The notes under the pieces: model-generated
What the model was told of the DNA's origin: nothing
What the model saw: only the letters and a program-made list of their open reading frames with translations
Database searches by the model: none
Made by a program: the position numbers and the translations under genes
In this document: piece by piece, positions 10,350-20,218 of the stretch
How positions within the stretch are numbered: the stretch's first letter is position 1
Layout of the letters: the number at the start of each line of letters is the position of its first letter
NCBI GenBank assembly: GCA_024276825.1
Contig: JAJRWI010000033.1
Span: forward strand, 90,614 to 154,613
Origin: an archaeon
GTDB lineage: Archaea; Asgardarchaeota; Thorarchaeia; Thorarchaeales; Thorarchaeaceae
DNA: 64,000 nucleotides
Direction: 5' to 3'

Positions 10350-11372
10350 CTAAGCTTCCCCCCTTACTTCCAGCAGATTCTGCTTGAAGTTAATCTCTGC
10401 GGGACAGAAATATGTACATCTTCCGCAACCCACACAATATGAAGTTGTGACTTCTTGACAATAGGCATTCTTGCAGTGGTACCTATTGAAGAAGCGGTCT
10501 TTCTTTGTGGGTCTAAAGTTATGACCACCCGCGACAAGACCGTGTGTTCTAAACTGGCACGAGTCCCAAAACCTCACACGTTCGCCAGTCTTACCATCAA
10601 GATTTGGGATATCTTTCACATCATAGCACCTGCAGGTGGGACAAGTCGTTGTGCAATTCCCACAACCCAGACACTTTTCACTCTCCCTCACATACATGGG
10701 ATGGTCCATGTTCCATTCGAGATGATAGCGTAAATCATCCCAGTTACCCTGTATCGAGAACATACTTCTTCTCTTGACCTCGAACTCTGCAATGTAATCT
10801 GTGTCCTCTTTAGAGATTTCCTCCTCAAACAGGTCAAGGTTTGGCTCTATGAGTTTATGTCCAGTGATACTTCTTACTCTGACTAGAAATCCATCAGATA
10901 TTTCATGGAAGAAGAGATCAAATCCTGCATCGACAATCTCTACACGCCTGACATTACAGAAACAATACTCGTCAGGAAGGCATGAGATTCCTATGATTAT
11001 GCCATTCTCACGATGCTTCTTATACATGGGGTCTGGCTGCTCATCAAGAAAGGTAGCATCAATAATCCTAAGCCCTACAATGTCGCAAGAATGCACTCCA
11101 AATAGAATCACTCGTTCAGACTGGATCTCTACGGGATACTCCTCTACCTCCTCCATATTGAATTTGAACATGGTTTCCTTCTCTGGATAGAAAAACCTAC
11201 GGGGTGGTCTTACTGTTCTGTTGTATTCGAATATGACGCTATGAACATCATCAACCTCCACAAAATCATAATACTTCTCTGAGATATTTTGAGGGGCATG
11301 CAATGTTCCCAGGTCCTTGAGACGTTCAAGGAACATGTAGGTGTTTTCCCGCGAAATCTTTACGTATCTCAA
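10350..11372 (-). CDS. hydB: Sulfhydrogenase beta subunit (4Fe-4S, AsrA-like)
   Basis: MRYVK..ENTY.FLERLKD N-terminus as recalled for Thermococcales SHI beta; CLGCGNCTTTCPTCRC, WDSC, CVGCGRC...CP. Confidence 0.95.
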   Translation of the reverse strand: MRYVKISRENTYMFLERLKDLGTLHAPQNISEKYYDFVEVDDVHSVIFEYNRTVRPPRRFFYPEKETMFKFNMEEVEEYPVEIQSERVILFGVHSCDIVGLRIIDATFLDEQPDPMYKKHRENGIIIGISCLPDEYCFCNVRRVEIVDAGFDLFFHEISDGFLVRVRSITGHKLIEPNLDLFEEEISKEDTDYIAEFEVKRRSMFSIQGNWDDLRYHLEWNMDHPMYVRESEKCLGCGNCTTTCPTCRCYDVKDIPNLDGKTGERVRFWDSCQFRTHGLVAGGHNFRPTKKDRFFNRYHCKNAYCQEVTTSYCVGCGRCTYFCPAEINFKQNLLEVRGEA

Positions 11373-11413
11373 TACAGAGCCTCCCGAACTAGCCTATTAG
11401 TATAGACTCGTCT

Positions 11414-11440
11414 TAATAAAAAGGAGTTTGATGGCACCAT
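11414..11440 (-). promoter_or_regulatory. hyd promoter: ATGGTGCCA-N10-TTTTATTA
   Basis: Same motif and spacing at 20150-20176 and 25644-25670. Confidence 0.6.
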
Positions 11441-11519
11441 TTCACCGTACGGGTCAGAAAGATTATAACCCAAAATGAATTTACGCCAGCGTTAGAACCA
11501 GAGCTTGGAGAACCTCTCA

Positions 11520-14500
11520 ATGGTCAGCGAAGCGGTGCAAAAACCTGATAGCAAATCAAAACCAACTGACGTTGTGATCATTGGAGCAGGAATGGCTGGT
11601 ATCAATGCGGCCATTGACCTTGCCGAAGGTGGTCATCACGCTCATCTCATTGAGCGTACGGTCAATATTGGTGGTAAGTATGTGGCAATTTACAAGGTCT
11701 TTCCAATGCTTGAGTGCTCAGCATGTGTTATGACCCCCCTCACCTCTTATGTTGGTAAGCATCCAAACATCACAATACACGCACTCTCCGAGGTTGTCAA
11801 GGTCTCAGGGAGCAAAGGCAACTTCACAGTGACCATTCGTAAGAGAGCCCGCTATGTCAATGAGGACAAATGTACGGGTTGTGGTCTCTGTGTCCGTGCC
11901 TGTCCTGTTGAAGTGCCGAATGAATATGATCGCGGTCTCTCATTGAGAAAAGCAATCTACTTTAACTTCCCTCAACAGATCCCTCTTATTGCGACCATTG
12001 ACAGAGATGCATGTATTGGATGCGGTACTTGTGCTGGGGTCTGCCCTCAAGATTGTATAAACTATGAGGACCAAGACAAAGAATATGAGATTAATGCTGG
12101 TTCTATAATTGTTGCAACTGGTTTTGACGAGTACGAGCCCTTGGACTATGCTGAGTATGGCTATGGCATTTTTCCAAATGTGGTCACCTCTCTACAATAT
12201 GACCGCCAGACTCATCCCACTGGCCCAACTGATGCTCATATGGTACGACCATCAGATGGTAAAGAACCCACAAGGATATTGTTTGTCAACTGCGTTGGAA
12301 GCAGAGATGTGCGAGAGGCAATCAATGGCTATAGCAAACATTGCAATCGCGTCTGTTGCTCCTTCGGGCTCAAGCTGGCACAAGTCACAAGAATGCACTA
12401 TCCAGAGGACCATTGCGAAATAATCTATACTTACATGGACATGCGGACAGCTGGAAAGGCATTGGAAGAGTTTCTCTGGGACTCTCAACACAACCAAGGC
12501 ATCAAGTTTATCCGCGGCAGGGTGGCAGAGGTTTACGAGGACCCTGACACACATGACCTCTCAGTAAAGTTAGAAGACACAGAAACTGGAGAGATAATGG
12601 AGATCAAAGATGTATCAATGATGGTTCTTAATGCAAGTTTCAGACCCGCCAAGGACCTTGATAATCTGGCAAAGATATTGAAGATAGATCTTGATGATAC
12701 TGGTTTTGTGAAGGAGTCGCACCCTAACGCACATGCTCTAGAAACCACAAGGCCTGGCATATTTGTTGCAGGTTGCGCTCATGGTCCAAAAGATGGCACT
12801 GACACAGTAAATGAAGGCAAGGGTGCCGCAATGGCAGCACATTCTATCCTGCCGATTCCACCACCTCCAGAACCAGAGGACATTCCGCCTGCGGAAATCG
12901 CTGATGAGCCAAGAGTTGGAGTCTTCATCTGTCATTGTGGAGGCATCATTGGAAATGTCATTGATTCCCCAGGATTGGCTGAATGGGCTAAAGGTCTTCC
13001 AAATGTGGTTTATTCCACAGATTACATCTTCATGTGCAGCGACCCAGGACAAGAACTCATAACGAAGGCAATTCGAGAGCATAAACTGAATAGGGTTGTT
13101 GTCGGATCATGTTCACCTCTTCAGCATGAGGCTACCTTTAGGCGTGCCCTTGAAGCAGCAGGCCTCTCACAGTATTATTTTGTGGGGCCCGCAGGGCTCA
13201 GAGAGCATCTCGCACTTGTGAATGCCAATGCACCCAAGGAAGAAAGGCAAAAGAAGGGTCAAGACCTTATTCGCAGTGCAGTTGCTAAAGCGATCAATAA
13301 TGAAATAGTTCCTGTCAAGTCATTGGAGGTGGTACGGACCACCATGGTTGTGGGTGGTGGGGTTTCAGGAATGACAGCGGCTCTTGACATTGCCAAAAAA
13401 GGCTTCAATGTGATCCTTGTTGAAAAGGAAGACCGATTGGGCGGTCGCTTGAATGATCTATACAACGTATTCCCCCAACTATTGAGCGCTCAAGAGATTG
13501 TTGAGGACTTGGTTTCACGGATTGAAAAGAGCAAGCGAATCAAAGTATTATTGAAAAGCAAAGTGGTTGCCAGAGATGGGTCTTATGGGAATTATAAGAT
13601 AACCGTGGAGAACACCCAAACTGGTGAACAGTTGACTTATGATATTGGGTCCATGGTGATAACAGTAGGGACCGATACATATGAGCCAAAACCTGGCGAA
13701 TACGGCTATGGTGAGGTGCCTGGAGTAATCACAACCCTTCAACTTGAACGAATGCTGCGGAATGGTGAGTTGAAAGAACCACCAAAGAACCCAGTGTTCA
13801 TCCATTGTGTTGGATCAAGACAAAATCCGGGTGAGGGCAATCGCTATTGTTCACGTGTGTGTTGTTCTGCTGTTATCGCAATGCAACATGAATTACGAGA
13901 GATGTTTCCAGACATCAGGATATTCTCCGCCTACAAAGAACACATCAGACCCTATGCCAATAAGATGGAAGAGATGTGGCGTGAAAACCGGCAGAATGGT
14001 GTGTCATACCTCCGCTGGATACGAGATCGCCCCGTGACCGTTAAGAAGGACCCCGATGGCGATGGTGCGATAGTGACGATTTATGATACTCTCTTACAGG
14101 AAACTCTCAGAATCAAGTCTAACATGGTCGTATTGGCGGTAGGCTTGGAAGCCCCTCATGATATTGATGAGATTGTCAGGGCTCTTGGAATCAACAGGGG
14201 TCAGGATGGTTTTTTGCTCGAGATGCATATGAAGTACCGCCCAGTGGACACCACAGTGCCTGGTGTGTTCTTGGGGGTGACCTATGCAAAGAATATTGCT
14301 GACTCGGTCAATCAGGCCCGTAGTGCTGCAAGTGCTGCCACAATTCCTCTTAATCTGGGCACTGTGGAGATCGAGCTTCTCACAGCCGAAGTCGATCAGG
14401 AACTATGTGTGGGTTGTGATCTATGTCACTACTCAGAGATATGTCCATATGATGCCATAAGCATGATAGAGATTGAACCTGGAGTGAAGAAGAGTGTGAC

Positions 14501-14624
14501 TGACGAGTTAAAGTGTGAGGGCTGTGGTGCATGCTGTGCAATCTGTCCTACAGGTGCCCGCGACTTGCGTTGGTGGCGTGAGAAGAGTCTTCTTGAAGAG
14601 ATAGAAGCCATGTTGAAGGAATAG
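11520..14624 (+). CDS. hdrA: Heterodisulfide reductase subunit A-like, double flavin-domain form (HdrA1)
   Basis: Two GxGxxG Rossmann folds, inserted 2x[4Fe-4S], two CVGSR..C..VCC motifs, internal RVGVFICHCG domain, C-terminal ferredoxin. Confidence 0.93.
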   Translation: MVSEAVQKPDSKSKPTDVVIIGAGMAGINAAIDLAEGGHHAHLIERTVNIGGKYVAIYKVFPMLECSACVMTPLTSYVGKHPNITIHALSEVVKVSGSKGNFTVTIRKRARYVNEDKCTGCGLCVRACPVEVPNEYDRGLSLRKAIYFNFPQQIPLIATIDRDACIGCGTCAGVCPQDCINYEDQDKEYEINAGSIIVATGFDEYEPLDYAEYGYGIFPNVVTSLQYDRQTHPTGPTDAHMVRPSDGKEPTRILFVNCVGSRDVREAINGYSKHCNRVCCSFGLKLAQVTRMHYPEDHCEIIYTYMDMRTAGKALEEFLWDSQHNQGIKFIRGRVAEVYEDPDTHDLSVKLEDTETGEIMEIKDVSMMVLNASFRPAKDLDNLAKILKIDLDDTGFVKESHPNAHALETTRPGIFVAGCAHGPKDGTDTVNEGKGAAMAAHSILPIPPPPEPEDIPPAEIADEPRVGVFICHCGGIIGNVIDSPGLAEWAKGLPNVVYSTDYIFMCSDPGQELITKAIREHKLNRVVVGSCSPLQHEATFRRALEAAGLSQYYFVGPAGLREHLALVNANAPKEERQKKGQDLIRSAVAKAINNEIVPVKSLEVVRTTMVVGGGVSGMTAALDIAKKGFNVILVEKEDRLGGRLNDLYNVFPQLLSAQEIVEDLVSRIEKSKRIKVLLKSKVVARDGSYGNYKITVENTQTGEQLTYDIGSMVITVGTDTYEPKPGEYGYGEVPGVITTLQLERMLRNGELKEPPKNPVFIHCVGSRQNPGEGNRYCSRVCCSAVIAMQHELREMFPDIRIFSAYKEHIRPYANKMEEMWRENRQNGVSYLRWIRDRPVTVKKDPDGDGAIVTIYDTLLQETLRIKSNMVVLAVGLEAPHDIDEIVRALGINRGQDGFLLEMHMKYRPVDTTVPGVFLGVTYAKNIADSVNQARSAASAATIPLNLGTVEIELLTAEVDQELCVGCDLCHYSEICPYDAISMIEIEPGVKKSVTDELKCEGCGACCAICPTGARDLRWWREKSLLEEIEAMLKE

Positions 14625-14633
14625 GTGTCATGT

Positions 14634-15200
14634 ATGGTCACACTTGATGGACTATATGCAGCTTGGCATGTGCTTAATGAACTGCTTGGTGAACTGAATG
14701 GCAATGGTGTATTCATCCCAAAGTTCACTTATGCAGACATGCGTAATGCCAAGATGATGATTGAATATCTCCGCTCATTCGATGAAGACATCCAGAGCTT
14801 TCAGAGGAGTGAAACTGATATCCGTGAAGAAATGGAAGGCAAAATGTCAAGTCTAAGAGAATCACTGATGGTCTGGGCTGAGGAGAACCAAGGACTCGAA
14901 TACAGGCAGAATTGGGAGCATCGCTTTGAGAAGGCGCTTCATGGCGAAGCTGTTGATATTGTCATTGAAGAACAAGTCCCAATATCTGATATCCCCCGAG
15001 AGAGGGATGTGGGCTTTTTCAGAATCAGACTACCTGATGAAATTCCTGTGGAGGTCATCTCAGAGATTGCCGAGGACTGCAGAGTAATAATCTCGCTTGA
15101 CGGCGAAAGACATCTACAAGTCAGCGGCAAGAAGGAATGTGTACGCGATGCCATGCAGCGTCTGGGCGAACTGTTCTATGGTGAGAGCCGATTGGACTGA
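14634..15200 (+). CDS. DUF2096-like protein (helical N-domain plus small C-terminal alpha/beta domain)
   Basis: W.VL.EL..EL...G..IP..Y.DMR.AK pattern recalled from methanogen DUF2096; follows the hdrA stop directly. Confidence 0.6.
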   Translation: MVTLDGLYAAWHVLNELLGELNGNGVFIPKFTYADMRNAKMMIEYLRSFDEDIQSFQRSETDIREEMEGKMSSLRESLMVWAEENQGLEYRQNWEHRFEKALHGEAVDIVIEEQVPISDIPRERDVGFFRIRLPDEIPVEVISEIAEDCRVIISLDGERHLQVSGKKECVRDAMQRLGELFYGESRLD

Positions 15201-15245
15201 GTTCTGACTTGTGATTATGATTGTAATACTTGCCTTGTCTTGACA

Positions 15246-16121
15246 TTAGATCCCAAGTATATCGCTTACAGGATCAAGAGAGATTCTGTCCAGTTCGAGC
15301 CCGAGCCGTTCTTCATCAAGTCCCATGGCAAGACCCAAGATCTGAGTCACAAACAAGGCAGGGAGTTCTAGCGATTCACCATTTTCATCAGTCAATCCAA
15401 GGGCCTGAACATCATACTGGGTATGACAGGCGGGACAGTTGGTCACAACACAGTTAGCACCTGAGGCTTTTGCATCGGCAAGCTTCTCCTTTAATATCCT
15501 CGTTGCCACATCCTCGCTGGCAATCAAGAGCGGTGAACCACAGCATCTGAGTTTCAGGTTCCAAGGAATACTCTTAGCCCCGGTCAACTCAATCAACTCA
15601 TCAACTTTGCTGGGCAACTCGGGATCATCGAACCCTGCAACTTTGGACGGCCTTAGGAGATGGCATCCAGGATGAAATGCAACCTTGAGCCCTTCAAGTG
15701 GTTTCACAATCTTTGAGGCAATCTCGTCCTTCAAGTCATAAAGGACCTCTACAAAGTGTCTTATCTTGGACTTGCCCGTATACTCGAGCCCAAGCTCTTT
15801 GAGCACCTCATTGACGGCCTTTCTCTGTTCCTCCTCGGTATGTAGAACATGATCGACATCCTTTAGTGAGCCAAAGCAGCCGTTGCATGGCGTAACAATG
15901 TCATGTCCTCTCTTCTCGGCGAGTGCAATGTTTCGACCAGACATTGAAAGCCAGCTGTACTCATCAATTGACTTGAGCACAACAGTACCACAGCAGGTTG
16001 CACCATCAAAGTCAAGAAGCTTTATGTCTAGAGCCTCTGCGACGGCTCGCATGCTGCTCTCATAATTATTGAATCGATTCGGAATCGCACATCCAAGAAA
16101 GACCTCGTATGTCTTGTTCAT
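15246..16121 (-). CDS. hdrB: Heterodisulfide reductase subunit B (copy 1)
   Basis: FLGC, TCCG, TPCNGC, HPGCH, RCCG, NCPAC. Confidence 0.93.
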   Translation of the reverse strand: MNKTYEVFLGCAIPNRFNNYESSMRAVAEALDIKLLDFDGATCCGTVVLKSIDEYSWLSMSGRNIALAEKRGHDIVTPCNGCFGSLKDVDHVLHTEEEQRKAVNEVLKELGLEYTGKSKIRHFVEVLYDLKDEIASKIVKPLEGLKVAFHPGCHLLRPSKVAGFDDPELPSKVDELIELTGAKSIPWNLKLRCCGSPLLIASEDVATRILKEKLADAKASGANCVVTNCPACHTQYDVQALGLTDENGESLELPALFVTQILGLAMGLDEERLGLELDRISLDPVSDILGI

Positions 16122-16640
16122 TTATTCCTCCTCCTGTAGCTTCAAGAGCCTAGTCTTGTCCAATAACTTCTTCACATCATTGATGTCAAACTCGGGAACA
16201 TCATCAAGTTCCAAGTCTTCACGTTCCCAGTCTGTGGGCTCATAGAGTCGTCCATTATTATACAAACCCTGAGCAGCAGCAACATAACCGGGTGGCGCAA
16301 TCCCTTTTCTATAGGCCATGTTCTTCAGACCAAAGAGAATGTCCGTAATGTCTATTCCCTGTGGACAACGCTCCTGACAAGTATAGCAAGTCGTGCATAA
16401 CCAGATCATGTCGGTTTCTAAGACCTCCTCAAGACCAAAGAGAAGCATTCTCATGACCTCATGAATCTGGATGTTCACTTTATCACTGACGGGGCATCCC
16501 CCACTGCACTTGGCGCATTGAAAACATGCAGTCAGGTCTTGCCCGCCGATGAGTTCGGACACCTTCTTTGTGAATTTGGCGTCCAGCTTTTTGAATGTCA
16601 TTCCCTCAAAAGATTTGAATCGGCCCCAACTCTCGGTCAT
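16122..16640 (-). CDS. hdrC: Heterodisulfide reductase subunit C (copy 1)
   Basis: CFQCAKCSGGCP, WLCTTCYTCQERCP. Confidence 0.93.
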   Translation of the reverse strand: MTESWGRFKSFEGMTFKKLDAKFTKKVSELIGGQDLTACFQCAKCSGGCPVSDKVNIQIHEVMRMLLFGLEEVLETDMIWLCTTCYTCQERCPQGIDITDILFGLKNMAYRKGIAPPGYVAAAQGLYNNGRLYEPTDWEREDLELDDVPEFDINDVKKLLDKTRLLKLQEEE

Positions 16641-16642
16641 GA

Positions 16643-19600
16643 TTATCTCCTCCTCGGCCTAAGTGGGCTTGGCCCAAGCTTCTCAACGAGTTCCGTGAGT
16701 TCTTTCACTTTCTCTGCATATATTGGCCCCTCACTTGCGCTAATATGTGTGAATTGAAGTCTCTCAGGTTCAAGTCCTGCTTTTTCAATAATCTTCTTGG
16801 CAATCATGTATCTTCTCTCGAATGCTATATTTCCATCAACATAATGGCAGTCTCCAACATGACACCCTGATATCCAGACCATATCAGCACCTAACCTGAA
16901 TGCCTCTAGAATATGAGTCACACTGACCCTTCCAGTACACATCACCCTGATATCTCTCACAGCGGGCGGCTGTTGAAGCCTTGCAACGCCCGCCGAGTCT
17001 GCGCCTGCATAGGTACACCAGTTGCACATTATCGTGAGAATGCGAGGTTCATTTGGTGGCAGGTCTTCAAGAGCACTCCTGACCTGAGCCATTATCTGAT
17101 CATCTGTGAAGTGCTTCATGGTGATTGCCCCCGCTGGACAACCTGCAGCGCATTTGCCGCAACCTTGGCAGAGAACCGGATTTGACACCGCATAATCATG
17201 AGATCCATCGCCTGGTACCACTGCAATCGCATTGTATGCACAGTTGATCTCACAGGTGCCACAGCCAACACATACCTCTGGATCAACCACTGAAACTATG
17301 GCCTCTGCCTTTCTCACACCTTTAACCAGCGGAATCAATGCGCGCATGGCAGCACCCTGTCCCTGTGCCATGGCCTCATTGATGCCTTTGGGTGCAGTAG
17401 CTGTACCTGCAACAAAGACACCATCTGTCTGAAAGTCAATGGGCCGAAGCTTGGGGTGGGCCTCCATGAAATATCCTGACATATTTAGTGAGAGTTTGAA
17501 CAACTCCGAGACCTCTTTGTTGGACTCGTGTGGGACCATTGCAGTTGCCAGAACTACATGATCCACATCTAGCTCAAGGGTTGCACCAAGCACCTGATCC
17601 TTAACAGTGACGGTCAGGGCTTTGTCTTTACCCTTCTTCACAACTGGTGGTTCATCCTTGTCAAACCTGATGAACACGGCTCCCTTTTTTCTGGCCTCCC
17701 TGTATTTGTCCTCAACATTGTAGGGGGCACGAAGGTCCCTGTACAAATGAAACACCCGTGAGTCAGGATATCTATCAAGAAGCTCTAGTGTATGCTCTAG
17801 GGCGACAGTACAGCAGACTGATGAGCACCATGTTCTTGAGCCCTCAAGGGACTCGTCCTCACGTGAGCCTGCACAATGAATCACAACGAATGTTTCACCG
17901 TTTTTAATCCCATCTTCCTCAATCACCCTCCTGTTGAACTCTGCCTCGGTCATCACCTCTGGGAGCTTCTTCAGGCCATAGAGCCCCTCCTCCTCAAGCA
18001 TGGTTGCACCAGTAGCAACAATAATGACTCCGATCTTTATCTCCTTCTCCTCATCATTGGTGTTGACTATGACATTGAAATCTCCGATGGCTCCTTTCGA
18101 TGAAACAACCTGGGAGTTCAGCATCAATTCGATGTTTGCATTACTCTCAATTTTCTTCTCATATTCACTGATCAACTCTTCAGTGGACCTGCTGTCAAAA
18201 TTAACAGTCTTCACCCTGTTGAGAAAGCCTCCGACCCTGCTCTCTCTCTCAACCAGATACACCTTGTAACCCTTATTGGCAATAATCTCTGCTGCGGTCA
18301 TCCCTGCGACTCCCGCACCAATTACCAGTGCCATGGGAGCTATCTCGGTGATCGCCTCCTCCTGAGGTTCAAGAATTGTCGCTCTGGCCACTGCCATTCT
18401 GACAAGGTCCATGGCCTTCTCTGTGGCCTCATCCTTTTCAGTCTGATGAATCCATGAGCAATGCTCGCGAATATTGGCAAGCTCAAACAGATACTTGTTC
18501 AGCCCTGCTTCCTCAATTGTGGTTCTGAACAGTGGTTCATGAGTCCTTGGAGTACATGATGCAACAACAACTCTGTTCAGCTTGTGTTCCTTTATGGCCT
18601 CCTTGATCACGACTTGCGAGTCTGAAGAGCATGAATAGAGCAGGTTCTCAGCATAGACCACATTGGGCAGAGTGCTTGCGTATTCGGTCACACGGGCGAC
18701 ATCCACAGTGCCAGCAATATTGATTCCGCATGAACAGATAATGACCCCTATCCTGGGCTCTCCTGCCATCAACTCCAAATCTTGGCCCTCAATTGTATCG
18801 GTCTTCGAGTATGCCTTTGGTGTAGCAATGTCCATGGCAGCCAGTGCCGCAGCAGCACTGCCCTGAGCAACAGAATCAGGAATGTCCTTGGGTGCATTGC
18901 ATGTTCCACACATATGCACACCCTCCACACCGGTTTCAGTAAGGAGAAGACCTCCATTCTGTGCTGGAATGAAGCCATATTTGTCAGTCTTTATTCCAAT
19001 GCTCTCAAACAGCTTGCTGTTGTCCGTTGGAATCATTGCAGGACATAGAACAACAAGGTCATACCTGTCAATCAGGACCTCGTGTTCCTTTGCATCAACA
19101 TGCTTGATGATAAGGTCATGGGTGGTAGGGTCCTCATGAATCTCACTTGGGAGCCCCTTGACATAGTTTATGCCATACTCTGTCTCTCCGCGTACAATAA
19201 ACTCCTCGAAGCCCTTACCAAAGACTCTCATATCATTGAATAAAATGTCAATGTGCACCTCTGGAGTGTGCTCCTTTGTGATTATTGCCTCCTTTGTGGC
19301 ATAAGTACAGCAGATCTTAGAGCAATATGCGCAGTGATTCACGTCCCTACTCCCAACGCACTGAACGAATGCTATACGATGAGGCTCGCGACCATCAGAG
19401 GGTCTCATGACCACGCCGCTGGTTGGTCCGCTTGCAGACACCATTCTCTCATATTCCAGTGATGACACAACATTTGGGAATCTACCATAACCATACTCTG
19501 GAACTGTCGCGGGATCTATCAACTCAAACCCCGTTGCAATAATTATTGAACCCGCATTGACCTCGATGGTCTCATCAGTGAATGCCTCAAAGTCAATCGC

Positions 19601-20110
19601 TTTTGCCTTGCAAGTCTTAACACACATCATACACTGGATGCAATTTTCAATGTCAATTGTTGCTACATTGGGCACTGCTTGTGGGAATGGGATATATGCC
19701 GCCTTTCTCATCTTTAGACCCATGTCATACTCGTTTGGGACCTCAATAGGACATATCCGCTCACAGTCCCCACAACCTGTGCACTTGTCAGGATCTACCC
19801 TTCTGTTCTTTTTGAGAATCTTGACATTGAAGTTTCCACGCTTGCCAGAAACCTCGATGACCTCTGAGTATGACATGATCTCAATGTTTGGGTGTCGTGA
19901 ACAATCAACCATCCATGGCCCCTGAATACACATTGCACAATCAAGCGTGGGGAACGTCTTATCTAGTTGTGACATGTGTCCACCAATTGATGGTTGCCTC
20001 TCAACCAGATAGACCTTGACTCCCATTTCCGCCAGATCTAATGCAGCTCGCATTCCCGAGATGCCAGCTCCGACAATCATAACGGGCTTTGTTTCTGACT
20101 CAGCCATCAC
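16643..20110 (-). CDS. hdrA: Double-domain HdrA fused to C-terminal MvhD (HdrA2-MvhD)
   Basis: KTFPTLDCAMC, ANIREHCSW, two Rossmann folds, C-terminal CNWCTYAGAD..RVMCTGRV..GCHVGDCHY. Confidence 0.95.
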   Translation of the reverse strand: MMAESETKPVMIVGAGISGMRAALDLAEMGVKVYLVERQPSIGGHMSQLDKTFPTLDCAMCIQGPWMVDCSRHPNIEIMSYSEVIEVSGKRGNFNVKILKKNRRVDPDKCTGCGDCERICPIEVPNEYDMGLKMRKAAYIPFPQAVPNVATIDIENCIQCMMCVKTCKAKAIDFEAFTDETIEVNAGSIIIATGFELIDPATVPEYGYGRFPNVVSSLEYERMVSASGPTSGVVMRPSDGREPHRIAFVQCVGSRDVNHCAYCSKICCTYATKEAIITKEHTPEVHIDILFNDMRVFGKGFEEFIVRGETEYGINYVKGLPSEIHEDPTTHDLIIKHVDAKEHEVLIDRYDLVVLCPAMIPTDNSKLFESIGIKTDKYGFIPAQNGGLLLTETGVEGVHMCGTCNAPKDIPDSVAQGSAAAALAAMDIATPKAYSKTDTIEGQDLELMAGEPRIGVIICSCGINIAGTVDVARVTEYASTLPNVVYAENLLYSCSSDSQVVIKEAIKEHKLNRVVVASCTPRTHEPLFRTTIEEAGLNKYLFELANIREHCSWIHQTEKDEATEKAMDLVRMAVARATILEPQEEAITEIAPMALVIGAGVAGMTAAEIIANKGYKVYLVERESRVGGFLNRVKTVNFDSRSTEELISEYEKKIESNANIELMLNSQVVSSKGAIGDFNVIVNTNDEEKEIKIGVIIVATGATMLEEEGLYGLKKLPEVMTEAEFNRRVIEEDGIKNGETFVVIHCAGSREDESLEGSRTWCSSVCCTVALEHTLELLDRYPDSRVFHLYRDLRAPYNVEDKYREARKKGAVFIRFDKDEPPVVKKGKDKALTVTVKDQVLGATLELDVDHVVLATAMVPHESNKEVSELFKLSLNMSGYFMEAHPKLRPIDFQTDGVFVAGTATAPKGINEAMAQGQGAAMRALIPLVKGVRKAEAIVSVVDPEVCVGCGTCEINCAYNAIAVVPGDGSHDYAVSNPVLCQGCGKCAAGCPAGAITMKHFTDDQIMAQVRSALEDLPPNEPRILTIMCNWCTYAGADSAGVARLQQPPAVRDIRVMCTGRVSVTHILEAFRLGADMVWISGCHVGDCHYVDGNIAFERRYMIAKKIIEKAGLEPERLQFTHISASEGPIYAEKVKELTELVEKLGPSPLRPRRR

Positions 20111-20149
20111 TGATTACACTCCAGAGTGTTTGCGAACGGATAACTTGCG

Positions 20150-20176
20150 TGATAAAATGTTTATTGTTGGCACCAT
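20150..20176 (-). promoter_or_regulatory. hdrA-mvhD promoter: ATGGTGCCA-N10-TTTTATCA
   Basis: Identical 9-mer and spacing to the hyd promoter. Confidence 0.6.
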
Positions 20177-20218
20177 GGCCAATTGAACCATGAGTTGAAT
20201 AGCTATGCTTTTGGATAT

